64,000 nt of DNA, from assembly GCA_965237955.1 (NCBI GenBank), contig OZ250169.1:960001-1024000 (forward strand), in the 5' to 3' direction. Position numbers and translations under genes: made by a program. This document shows, in pieces, positions 1-11,485 of this stretch (position 1 is its first letter; each line of letters starts with the position of its first letter). The notes under the pieces were generated by a model that saw only the letters and a list, made by a program, of their open reading frames with translations, was not told where the DNA came from and did not search any database. This stretch comes from Candidatus Marinacidobacterales bacterium. Its GTDB lineage: Bacteria; Acidobacteriota; Vicinamibacteria; Marinacidobacterales; SMYC01.

Positions 1-525
<525 letters not shown>

Positions 526-671
526 GATGCCTCCCTCTCAGCCGCAGGTGGTTTTCTCCCTCCCAAAGAGGCTGAGAATCTCCGCCACGACCGAAAACTA
601 GGCGGCCATTGTGCCATATTCGAGAGTGAGTGGGGTTTGAAATCGAAAAGCCGTTTGGTGTATCTGGATTA

Positions 672-709
672 GGGGTCTGACAATCATTGGGACGCAAACG
701 TCCGCTAAG
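672..709 (+). repeat. Solo 38-bp Tn3-family terminal inverted repeat
   Basis: GGGGTCTGACAATCATTGGGACGCAAACGTCCGCTAAG is 38 nt from GGGG to TAAG and matches the canonical Tn3 IR, as I recall it, at 29/38 positions. Confidence 0.75.
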
Positions 710-893
710 GCGGTTACCGTACTCGCCAACAGACTCCGTACGCCGCCTAACCTTTGCCGTTGCAGTGGCTTCCGTCAGAGCGTAGTGCTCTCCGACGAAG
801 GCGATGGTTCATTTCTCAAGAGGCGAAACGCTCCCTGGGCGGTCCTCGGGGTGGAATTCTTGAGGTGGCACCACTACATTTTGGGTCCTGCGG

Positions 894-1130
894 GGCGTTG
901 GTGGATAAATCAGTTCGGGACACGCACGGATCCTTTTGAGCGGCCCAACTTACTCCCGACGATCGCTTGGGATTCAGGCTTGCCCACCTCAGCCATCCGG
1001 TTCAATACATTGCACCCGATCCTTGCCTCCCGCTTCTGCGATTCGTAGCCGCGCGCGCGAAGGCTGTTTCCGAGCGTGCGCTTGTACCTGAAGAAAAGAT
1101 TCTCGACGGCGCCCTGTTCATACGGAGAAG
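894..1130 (-). pseudogene. IS5-family (IS903-like) transposase 3' remnant with terminal IR
   Basis: Minus strand reads ...AVENLFFRYKRTLGNSLRARGYESQKREARIGCNVLNRM, homologous to the C-terminus of 59335..60072. IS903-like IR ggcgttggtggataaatc at 894. Confidence 0.75.
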
Positions 1131-1499
1131 TGGTTCACGAAGGACTTCCTCACGATTCGGATCAAGCCCGTGATGTGAACGCCGCCTCGGTGGAGGCGAG
1201 GAAACCGGCATCGGGGGGACAACTCAGTCGGCGCGGAGGTAAAGTCGTAGCGTATTACACGCGGGCGGAGGCGCTGGAGTCACGGTATCGACGATGACCA
1301 CAGCCAAGTGGACGGTTGGTGTCAACCGTCGTTGACACTCTCCGCGAAACCGTTTCGCGGGGGGTACGAGAATCTTCGGCGTCTACGACTTCAGGCGTCC
1401 CAGCGGAGACGACCCGAGCGGGGACGAAGGATAGGATAGTCGAGTCTCTGGCTACGCGGTGCCAGGTCTCGCGAGTGCCCGGCATCCTTGCGGAAACGC

Positions 1500-1605
1500 T
1501 CGTGCTCGAGTAACTCGAGAGCGTCGCAGCAGGCTTCGATGGAGAGGCCGGATGTGTCCAGCACTCTGTCCGCCCCTGCCACGGGCGCGTACCGTCTCCT
1601 TCTAG
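1500..1605 (-). pseudogene. Probable C-terminal remnant of a BoxR/BzdR-type regulator (shikimate-kinase-like domain)
   Basis: RRYAPVAGADRVLDTSGLSIEACCDAL resembles the shikimate-kinase-fold C-terminus and lies divergent from the benzoate-CoA ligase. Confidence 0.4.
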
Positions 1606-1735
1606 TTCTGGGCCCCGGTCACCGATTCAGGCACCATGGTGGCGCTTCCTGCAAACCGCGCTTTGGCCGCGGGACACGCGGTATATAGTATGAGCCCGCA
1701 CCGGGTATCAGATAACAATCATCGAGGGAGGCACG

Positions 1736-3274
1736 ATGGACTATCCACGCGAGTACAACACCGCTGTCGATCTCGTCGACCGGAATGTCGAGGCAGGGCG
1801 AGGCGAAAAAGTTGCCTTCATCGATCCCGAGCGGTCGTTGACCTATGGCGGGCTGCGCGAGGAGTGCGCGCGCTTCGGCCACCTACTTTGCGACCATGGG
1901 CTCGGCGCCGAGAGCCGCATCGCCATGCTGGTGCTGGACACCGTCGACTTCCCCGTGGTTTTTCTCGGCGCCATCCGCGCCGGCGTCATTCCCGTCGCTT
2001 TGAACACCCTGCTGACCACGGATCAGTACCGCTATATTCTCGGCGATTGCCGCGCGCGGGCGTTGTTCATCTCAGCGCCCCTGTTGCCCACGGTGGAGCC
2101 GATACTGGACGAGCTGCCTTTGCTCGAGCACATCTTCGTAGTCGGTGGCGACAGCGGCCGCCACCGTGACTTCGCTGCCGAGCTCGCTTCCTGGCCGGCG
2201 GACGGCGGGCCGGTACAGACCTGCGCCGACGAGACAGCCTTCTGGCTGTACTCGTCGGGGTCCACGGGTATGCCCAAGGGCGTGCGCCACGTCCACTCGA
2301 GCCCCATGGAAACCGCGCGTCTCTACGGTCAGGAGATCATCGGCCTCAACGAGGACGACGACGTGTTCTCGGCGGCGAAGCTTTTTTTCGCCTACGGACT
2401 CGGTAACGCCCTGTCCTTCCCTATGTCCGTAGGCGCCACCGCGGTGTTGTGGCCGCAGCGGCCGACGCCGGACGTCATACTCGAGCAGCTGAAGAAGCAC
2501 CAGGTCACGGTGTTCTTCGGCGTGCCGACCTTGTACGCGGCGATGCTCGCCGATCCCGAGTGCAAACCCGAGAACAGCTCGGCGCGCCTGCGCCGCTGCA
2601 TCTCCGCGGGCGAAGCATTGCCCGAAGAGCTCGGCAAGACCTGGAAGGCGCGTTTCGGCGTCGACGTCCTCGACGGCGTCGGTTCCACCGAGATGCTGCA
2701 CATCTTTCTCAGCAATCGTCCCGGCGACGTGCGTTACGGCCGCTCGGGAAAAGCCGTCCCGGGATACGAGCTACGTCTCGTGGACGAGAACGGAGCAGAC
2801 GTCGCCGGCGGCGAGGTCGGCGAGCTTCTGGTGCGCGCGCCTTCCGCCGCCGAGGGCTACTGGAACCAACGCGCCAAGAGCCGCGCGACCTTCGTCGGTG
2901 AATGGGCACACACGGGCGACAAGTACATACTCGATGCTGATGGCTACTACGAATACTGCGGGCGCACCGACGACATGTTCAAAGTCAGCGGAATCTGGGT
3001 CTCGCCCTTCGAGGTCGAATCGGCACTGATCTCTCACGACAGCGTGCTCGAGGCAGCCGTGGTGGCGGCCGAGGATGCGGAGGGACTGCTCAAGCCCAAA
3101 GCGTTCGTGGTGCTGAAACAGGGCTGCGAGGATGAAAGGCTGTTCGAAACCCTCAAGCAGCACGTGAAGACCAAGGTTGGACCCTGGAAGTACCCCCGCT
3201 GGATCGAATTCGTCTACGACTTGCCGAAAACGGCCACCGGCAAGATTCAACGCTTCAAGCTGCGCGACCCCTGA
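1736..3274 (+). CDS. Benzoate-CoA ligase family protein
   Basis: 512 aa. AMP-binding motif FWLYSSGSTGMPKGVRH, AKLFFAYGLGN, GVGSTEMLHIFLSN, LPKTATGKIQRFKLR. RBS GGAGG upstream; adjacent to boxC. Confidence 0.95.
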   Translation: MDYPREYNTAVDLVDRNVEAGRGEKVAFIDPERSLTYGGLREECARFGHLLCDHGLGAESRIAMLVLDTVDFPVVFLGAIRAGVIPVALNTLLTTDQYRYILGDCRARALFISAPLLPTVEPILDELPLLEHIFVVGGDSGRHRDFAAELASWPADGGPVQTCADETAFWLYSSGSTGMPKGVRHVHSSPMETARLYGQEIIGLNEDDDVFSAAKLFFAYGLGNALSFPMSVGATAVLWPQRPTPDVILEQLKKHQVTVFFGVPTLYAAMLADPECKPENSSARLRRCISAGEALPEELGKTWKARFGVDVLDGVGSTEMLHIFLSNRPGDVRYGRSGKAVPGYELRLVDENGADVAGGEVGELLVRAPSAAEGYWNQRAKSRATFVGEWAHTGDKYILDADGYYEYCGRTDDMFKVSGIWVSPFEVESALISHDSVLEAAVVAAEDAEGLLKPKAFVVLKQGCEDERLFETLKQHVKTKVGPWKYPRWIEFVYDLPKTATGKIQRFKLRDP

Positions 3275-3372
3275 GCGCGCCGCTCGTCACGCCATGAACG
3301 GCGCCGCTGGACACGGATGGAGCGAAGCATTATTAGTCATCAGGTTGATTGGATGAAATTGCACTATTTTTC

Positions 3373-3672
3373 ATGATTGTCGACTTCCAGACTGATCCGT
3401 CCAGGTACCGGCATTGGAAGCTCGTGCTCGACGGCGCGGTTGCCGAGCTGGTCATGGATGTCGTCGAGCACTGCGGGCTCTTCGACGGCATCCCGCTCAA
3501 GCTCAATTCCTATGACCTCGGTGTGGACATCGAGCTCCACGACGCGACGCAGCGGCTGCGCTTCGAGCATCCCGGGGTCAAGGCGGTGGTGCTGCGTTCC
3601 GGCAAGGACCGGGTGTTCTGCTCCGGCGCCAACATCCGCATGCTGGCGCTCGCAAGCCATGGCCACTTTTGA
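3373..3672 (+). pseudogene. boxC: 2,3-epoxybenzoyl-CoA dihydrolase, N-terminal ~100 aa only
   Basis: DFQTDPSRYRHWKL...LKLNSYDLGVDIELHDATQRLRFEHP...FCSGANIRML is the BoxC N-terminus. It stops abruptly at 3672, whereas full BoxC is ~550 aa. Confidence 0.88.
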
Positions 3673-3779
3673 GTGACGAACGCATCGAGCTGTTGAACTC
3701 CTTTCGACATAGGGGAGTGAATTCAAGTGGCCGGGCGTGGCAGAGGCAAGGTCCTAAGCTGGCCCGCGGCCGGGCGTTC

Positions 3780-3797
3780 CAGTTTCTTGACCACACG
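3780..3797 (+). repeat. Divergent ACG-type element end
   Basis: cagtttcttgaccacacg resembles gagttttggcacaggacg and gagtattttgacctcacg. It lies between two unrelated truncated genes. Confidence 0.4.
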
Positions 3798-4111
3798 AGG
3801 ATGTCGATCCCCGTCGTCATGCGGGTGGGGGGATCGTGCTTCCAAAGCTCAATCCCGGTGCTGCCGTCGGCGGCGTCGAAGAACAAGGCGCCGTTCACTG
3901 CCGTCAGCTCGGCAGGAAACGACGAGCTGCCACCGGGGAAGACATCGGCAACCCGCGCGGTCAAGCCGGTGGCTGGATCATGCTTCCAAAGCTCGACCCC
4001 CGTGATGCCGTCGTCGGCGATGAAGAACAAGGCGCCGTTCACCGCCGTCAGCTGGAAAGGAACCGACGAGCCGCCACCGGGGAAGATGTCGGTTGCGCGG
4101 TTGAATGGCAA
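3798..4111 (-). pseudogene. Fragment of an ELWxxDGT-repeat surface protein (two tandem ~47-aa repeats)
   Basis: DIFPGGGSS.P.QLTAVNGALFF.A.DG.TG.ELWKHDP occurs twice. No signal peptide; both ends look truncated. Confidence 0.8.
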
Positions 4112-4234
4112 TAGCCGCCGCCGCCCTTTGGATGCGACGAGGCTTTCCTACGGCCGATATGAGCCTTGATCGAGGGGCGTCCAAGCCGACACAGAACCCG
4201 GAGCGCCATCGGCTACCTTGCCGGGATTACTTTA

Positions 4235-4657
4235 TCAATAGCCAGGCTCCGGCGGGGGTGAGCTCGCACCTACTCGGATCGAGCCCTTCATGTCACAACA
4301 GTTCGAGTGCGCGGTGCAGGCGTACTCGAATGTCCTTCCGTCGTCCCCGCCGCCGAAGGTTCTTTCGAAAGTGGCCCCCGGCTGCGTGAACACTAAGCCG
4401 CTATCCCAGGCTCCGTCCTTGGCAGTGGACGTGTGGGTTGGGTCGGCGCCCCGGTGAACCCAGCGCACCATCTGGCCGGCCTGAATCGTGATCGACTTGG
4501 GCCGGTATTCATTCTCGAAGATCTCAACCGTAACCACTACGGGGGAAGGCGCCGCCGTCGTCGTTGCGGTCGGCGAGTTGCTGCCACCTCCGTTGCCGCA
4601 GCCAAACACCATGAGACCCACCATTAGAGATGGGATAGCCGTTATTTTCTTTAACAT
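4235..4657 (-). CDS. Cupredoxin (plastocyanin/azurin-like) lipoprotein
   Basis: Lipobox-like MVFGC, Thr/Pro linker, PKSITIQAGQMVRW, His in PTHTST and a C-terminal YACTAHSNCCDM copper loop. Confidence 0.85.
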   Translation of the reverse strand: MLKKITAIPSLMVGLMVFGCGNGGGSNSPTATTTAAPSPVVVTVEIFENEYRPKSITIQAGQMVRWVHRGADPTHTSTAKDGAWDSGLVFTQPGATFERTFGGGDDGRTFEYACTAHSNCCDMKGSIRVGASSPPPEPGY

Positions 4658-4852
4658 GTTCTGCCTCCAAATGCGGCCCATCGGGCTCCAACAAGAGATG
4701 ATCCCCACAGGATAACCCTCAGGTAAGCAAGCCGCGTGCCAAGATGGAAGGGCGGCGGGCTTCTAAAGGATTAGAACTGCAGGGGATCGCCTCACGCGGG
4801 ATCGTGGGGAAGCGACGAGACTTTACGAGACTCGTAAGGCGAGTCACTCTTA

Positions 4853-6779
4853 GGGCCGGCGACAAAATAAGTTCCCGTTTTCAAGACGGTCGGATGGTGT
4901 AGTTCCATTTGGGTAGAGTCTGGTCCTTTGTAACGGAAAGCGCCTGCATCCGCTCGTCAGTGATTTTGACGCCCTTCGGATAACGACGCCGGATAAGGTG
5001 TGCGCGTACTCGCAAACCGGAAGAGGTGGTGGTCGTGCGGATGTATTTGAGGATGGTTTCGTAGCTGTCGAGAGGCCTGCCCGCCCAGTTCTTGCTGATC
5101 TCGCTGAACAGACGGTGCTCCACTGGATTCCACTTGGATGTACCGGACGGATAGTGGGCTATGGTGATAGCGATGTCGTGGCGATTGCAAATCCGCGTTT
5201 GAAGCCCGTGCTTCCAACCCCGACACCGATAGCCATTGCTGCCCCCGGCGTCTGCCAATATCGCGAGGTCACGGGCTGCAGGATAGCGTCGCCGTCCTTC
5301 CGTTCGCCACCACTTCTCGATGGCATTCACGGCGAAGTCCGGGGTGTTGTACGAGGTACCAATGAACACTGTCCCGCGGTTCGCGAGCAGATCGTAGACG
5401 CCGTAGGGGATTGCGATGCCGTTCGATTCGGAACGGAAGTCATGGTCTTTGACGAGAGTCGGCTCACGGTTCCAGGCCTGCCCGCCGTTTTTGAATAATC
5501 CCACCAGCTCCCGTTTCTTCGTGTCTACGCTGATGATGGGATGACCAGCTGCGGCAAAACGCTCGCGCAGTTCGGCGATACACGCGAATTGGGTATCGCG
5601 ATCTTCGGACGTGGCACCGCACAGCTTCTTGTGGTTCACCCGCAACGAGAAGCCGAGCTGTTTGAGCAGTCGACCGACGGTTTTGCTGCTGACGTTCACA
5701 CCGAGGCTTCTTAGCTCGCAAGCAATCTTGTCGGTGGTCCGCCGCGTCCATTTCACTCCCGTCATCGGATCGCCCGCGGTGTCGTGCTTCATGAGTTCTT
5801 CGATCTTGGCGATGACTTCTGGCGTTTTTTTTTGCACGGCGCGCCGTCCGCCACCCTTTCGCCGAACTCCGTCGAGCTCAACATCTCTCATTAGGAATTC
5901 CCTACGACCTCTGGCTACCGTGCTCGGATCCATCCCGAGCAGTTCGGCAATCTGTTGGTCGCCACCGTGACCGAGCTTCATGGCCTCGACTCCCGCGTAG
6001 AGACGGCGCTGCTTTTCATCGAGCAGGCTGTAGAAAAGAACGATCGCAGCCTTCAACTCCACGGGGAGCACGCGGACTCCCCCGACCCAGCCCAACGTGG
6101 AAGGTGACGCCTCATGTACCTGGCGGGCCGAGAGCTGTTGCTTGCGCGTGCTCACATCGGTGGCCAGATACAGATATCGGCCGAACACCTGCTCGCGCGC
6201 CAATCTTTTCTCTCGGACCAGTTTCAACAGAGGAGCCTTGACGTCAACCTGCACCACGTCCTCGAGCTCGTCGACGTAGTAGCCTGCCTCACAGGCCGCG
6301 ACCAACGCTTTTACCGTCGCAAGCAACGTCCCGTACTTCGAGAACCACACTGAGCGCAACGACCAAAGACCTTTTCGATCGAACTGGGCGATCTCGTCCA
6401 ACGTGTAGTAGCTACCACGGTGGGAGTAGCTTGTCCGATACGCCAACTCATTGAGCTTTCGGAAGACGGTCGAGTCCACATCGGTACCCAACACTGCCTT
6501 CAAATCATCGAGGGTAGCTATTTTGTGCTTCCTCAACAGGCGGTCGAGATCTTCAGACTGATAGCTCGTAGGTCTCATAATAGGAGAAGTGCTCCTTGAT
6601 AGGCGTAATCCTCCCTAAAATGAGGACCGTTTGTCAAACACGCGCTGGTTGCTGAAGATCTACAAATGTTCCGTTTCTAGGGAGCTTGCCAGGCTCTCGT
6701 GATGCCAGACGACATCGCGATCACGACCTGAAACAGGAAGAGTGTGCTCAAAACTAGACAGTTATTTTGTCGGCGGCCC
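4853..6779 (-). mobile_element. ISAzo13-family insertion sequence
   Basis: IRs gggccggcgacaaaataa / ttattttgtcggcggccc, flanked by TTA on both sides; encodes the transposase 4881..6578. Confidence 0.88.
4881..6578 (-). CDS. ISAzo13-family transposase
   Basis: TAGDPM..KWT, ISVDTKKRELVG.FKNGG, DHDF, ADAGGSNG, SKWNPVEHRLFSEISKNWAGRPL, WNYTIRP. Confidence 0.92.
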   Translation of the reverse strand: MRPTSYQSEDLDRLLRKHKIATLDDLKAVLGTDVDSTVFRKLNELAYRTSYSHRGSYYTLDEIAQFDRKGLWSLRSVWFSKYGTLLATVKALVAACEAGYYVDELEDVVQVDVKAPLLKLVREKRLAREQVFGRYLYLATDVSTRKQQLSARQVHEASPSTLGWVGGVRVLPVELKAAIVLFYSLLDEKQRRLYAGVEAMKLGHGGDQQIAELLGMDPSTVARGRREFLMRDVELDGVRRKGGGRRAVQKKTPEVIAKIEELMKHDTAGDPMTGVKWTRRTTDKIACELRSLGVNVSSKTVGRLLKQLGFSLRVNHKKLCGATSEDRDTQFACIAELRERFAAAGHPIISVDTKKRELVGLFKNGGQAWNREPTLVKDHDFRSESNGIAIPYGVYDLLANRGTVFIGTSYNTPDFAVNAIEKWWRTEGRRRYPAARDLAILADAGGSNGYRCRGWKHGLQTRICNRHDIAITIAHYPSGTSKWNPVEHRLFSEISKNWAGRPLDSYETILKYIRTTTTSSGLRVRAHLIRRRYPKGVKITDERMQALSVTKDQTLPKWNYTIRPS

Positions 6780-9349
<2,570 letters not shown>

Positions 9350-9352
<3 letters not shown>

Positions 9353-9471
9353 GCCGCGGCCGAACCCCGGGCGATGTGGGGCTGGTTTCGGGGGGTTGCT
9401 GGGGTATGGCCTGGCTCGAGAAGACGCTTCCTGAGGCATTCTCGCGCGTCGTTTTGGCGCCGCATCGTCTG
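9350..9471. repeat. ~120-bp internal piece of the IS21 3' region (copy of 43358..43480)
   Basis: acctgccgcggccgaacccc...cgcatcgtctg is the same sequence as 43358..43480. Confidence 0.9.
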
Positions 9472-9548
9472 CTCATACGCCGCTCGCCAACGGCGATCTC
9501 ACCGAGTGAACCCATCGGCGCATAAAGCGTGAACAGGAGGAAGCGCAC
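9472..9548 (-). pseudogene. cas5e: Type I-E Cas5, first ~26 codons only
   Basis: MRFLLFTLYAPMGSLGEIAVGERRMS immediately follows cas7e and is a typical Cas5e N-terminus. Confidence 0.85.
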
Positions 9549-9552
9549 GACG

Positions 9553-10605
9553 TTAACTCACTGCGAAGTCTATAAGGTCCGGCAACGCACCCGCGCCGGT
9601 TAGAACATTCACCGTGTCACGGTCCTCGGCGCAGGGTCCGTATGTTTTATCGAGCCGGTCGCGAAAACTTTCCAGCGCCGTAATGGAACGGCCACCGTAA
9701 TCGTCATTTCCGGAAATCGGGTCGAGGAAGGCGGCAGCGAGGCTGCGCGGTTGACCCGAGCCTTTTTCGCATAGCGCGTAGAGGGCATAGGCGCGACTCG
9801 CGAAACTCGCCTGCTTGCCCCTTGGCGCGACGGTGGCAGCGGCTTCCACCAGGGCGGCCAAGCTTGCGTCCTGCACAGCCCGCGTACCGTCGAGATTGCG
9901 GAGCAACAGATCGCGGTCGACGCAAATATAGAGATAGAAGACGCCAGCGCCGAATTCCTGCACGCCAATAAATCCGGCCCCGGAATCCTCAGCTTCACCG
10001 CGCGACTTGAGGTCGTCGACGGCGGTGTAGTAATCGTCCTCGGCGACCGCGCGATGCGTGGTGATGGCGTGCGCTACCTGCACGGCGGCTTCGCGGTTGA
10101 ATTTCGGATTGTCGGCCAGCATCCGCCCGAACATGGCGATATCGGCGGCCGTGTCGGTCTTGCGCAACAGATCGGCGGCTTTGGGCTCAATGGTTTCTCC
10201 GGACAGCGCGCGGTCGGCGAGCGCCAGGGCTTCCGCCCGTTCTGCGGGCGAGACGAAGGCAAGCTGTTCGATGAAGGTAGGATCCTTGTCGCCTTCTTTG
10301 TGGATTTTGCCGAAGACACCGGCGATCACACGCGACACCTCCACGGCTTTGCCTTCATCCATCTCGCCGTTGAGCAAATAATCATAAATCTCTTTGCCCA
10401 GACGTTGCGTGCGGCTCGCGAGGTGTCCGCCGAGCTTCGCCTGGAACGCATTGGACTCTCGCCATGCCCGTTTCAAGCTTTGCGAGGACACACGCAGGCG
10501 TGGTGTGCCGCCGAAGACGGCGCTTTTCGGCCTACCGGTATCGTCCCGGTTTAGGTTGGACGGGCCGTAGGCGGTAAGAAGATGCAGTTGTAGGAAATCG
10601 GCCAT
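9553..10605 (-). CDS. cas7e: Type I-E Cascade backbone Cas7/Cse4/CasC
   Basis: FLQLHLLTAYGPSNLNRDDTGRPKSAVFGGTPRLRVSSQSLKRAWR, DIAMFGRMLAD, AAVQVAHAITTH, DDYYTAVDDL, PRGKQASFA. Confidence 0.96.
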   Translation of the reverse strand: MADFLQLHLLTAYGPSNLNRDDTGRPKSAVFGGTPRLRVSSQSLKRAWRESNAFQAKLGGHLASRTQRLGKEIYDYLLNGEMDEGKAVEVSRVIAGVFGKIHKEGDKDPTFIEQLAFVSPAERAEALALADRALSGETIEPKAADLLRKTDTAADIAMFGRMLADNPKFNREAAVQVAHAITTHRAVAEDDYYTAVDDLKSRGEAEDSGAGFIGVQEFGAGVFYLYICVDRDLLLRNLDGTRAVQDASLAALVEAAATVAPRGKQASFASRAYALYALCEKGSGQPRSLAAAFLDPISGNDDYGGRSITALESFRDRLDKTYGPCAEDRDTVNVLTGAGALPDLIDFAVS

Positions 10606-10623
10606 GAAATACCTCCGATTCGG

Positions 10624-11090
10624 TCAGGTTGAAGGGGAAGCGGGTGAAGAATCGGGCATGGGCGCTTGCGGTCGCACACTCTCAAAAACGTGGTAGTAGT
10701 CGAATATCCAGCGCTTCCTCACGCTGTCACCCCAGTGTAAAACGGCGAAGGACAAATCACGAACATTGGCCTTTCCCTTGTTCAGACGAATAAGGCGACG
10801 CATCGCGTCCATGAGTTCGCCGTCGTCGGTTTGCAGCAGGCGACGAAAACGGCCTTCGGACATGACTGCCGATTCGTCATCGTCGAGCGAGATGCGCCCG
10901 ATGGCGCGCGCGATGCCCTGGGTGTCGGACTCATCAACGAACGCCAGGACGCCAGCAAGGATGGCGACTCGCTCCGGATTTTCATTAGGCAGTCTTGCGA
11001 TTAAGCGGAGCGCCTCGGACTCATACATGACCTCAAGCGGCGTTGCGGCCCGGCGCAGGTGCGCCCGCGACGCTCGTCGCCCCCCGCGCG
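10624..11090 (-). CDS. cse2: Type I-E small subunit Cse2/CasB with a degenerate N-terminus
   Basis: RAHLRRAATPLEVMYESEALRL...MSEGRFRRLLQ...LHWGDSVRKRWIFDYY, directly upstream of cas7e. The native start was not identifiable. Confidence 0.82.
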
Positions 11091-11485
11091 TTGCGCGGCG
11101 TCCAGATTCGACCGGTGAGTGTCTCGACCATGTGATCGTCCTCGACGAGCGGCTGTCCCTTCCATAAACTTGAGCTGCATCTTCACCGCACGCGGTCGCT
11201 CTCTACGTCATTTTGTGGCGGTCGTGCGCGTCTCAGTTACCGTCTGCCTCACGGAATCTGACGCAGCCCAGTTTCCCACGTTCTCCTGGCCGACCGATCA
11301 GACAACGGCTGCCTGATCAACAGCGAATGTCGCAAGCACCGGACGATGTTTCCAAGAACGAACTTTTTCCTGCAGCGGACACCCGGGTGTGTGGGAGAAT
11401 TGAGCCTTGCCCAATCGCCCGGCATTGGAGTGAGGGAAGAAAGTCGGCCTATCTTCAAGGCCAAGAATATCAGGAAGATCTGAGC

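Noticed and set aside
11213-11485. N-terminal extension of the hsdM ORF
   Set aside because: HsdM homology begins at the ATG at 11486.
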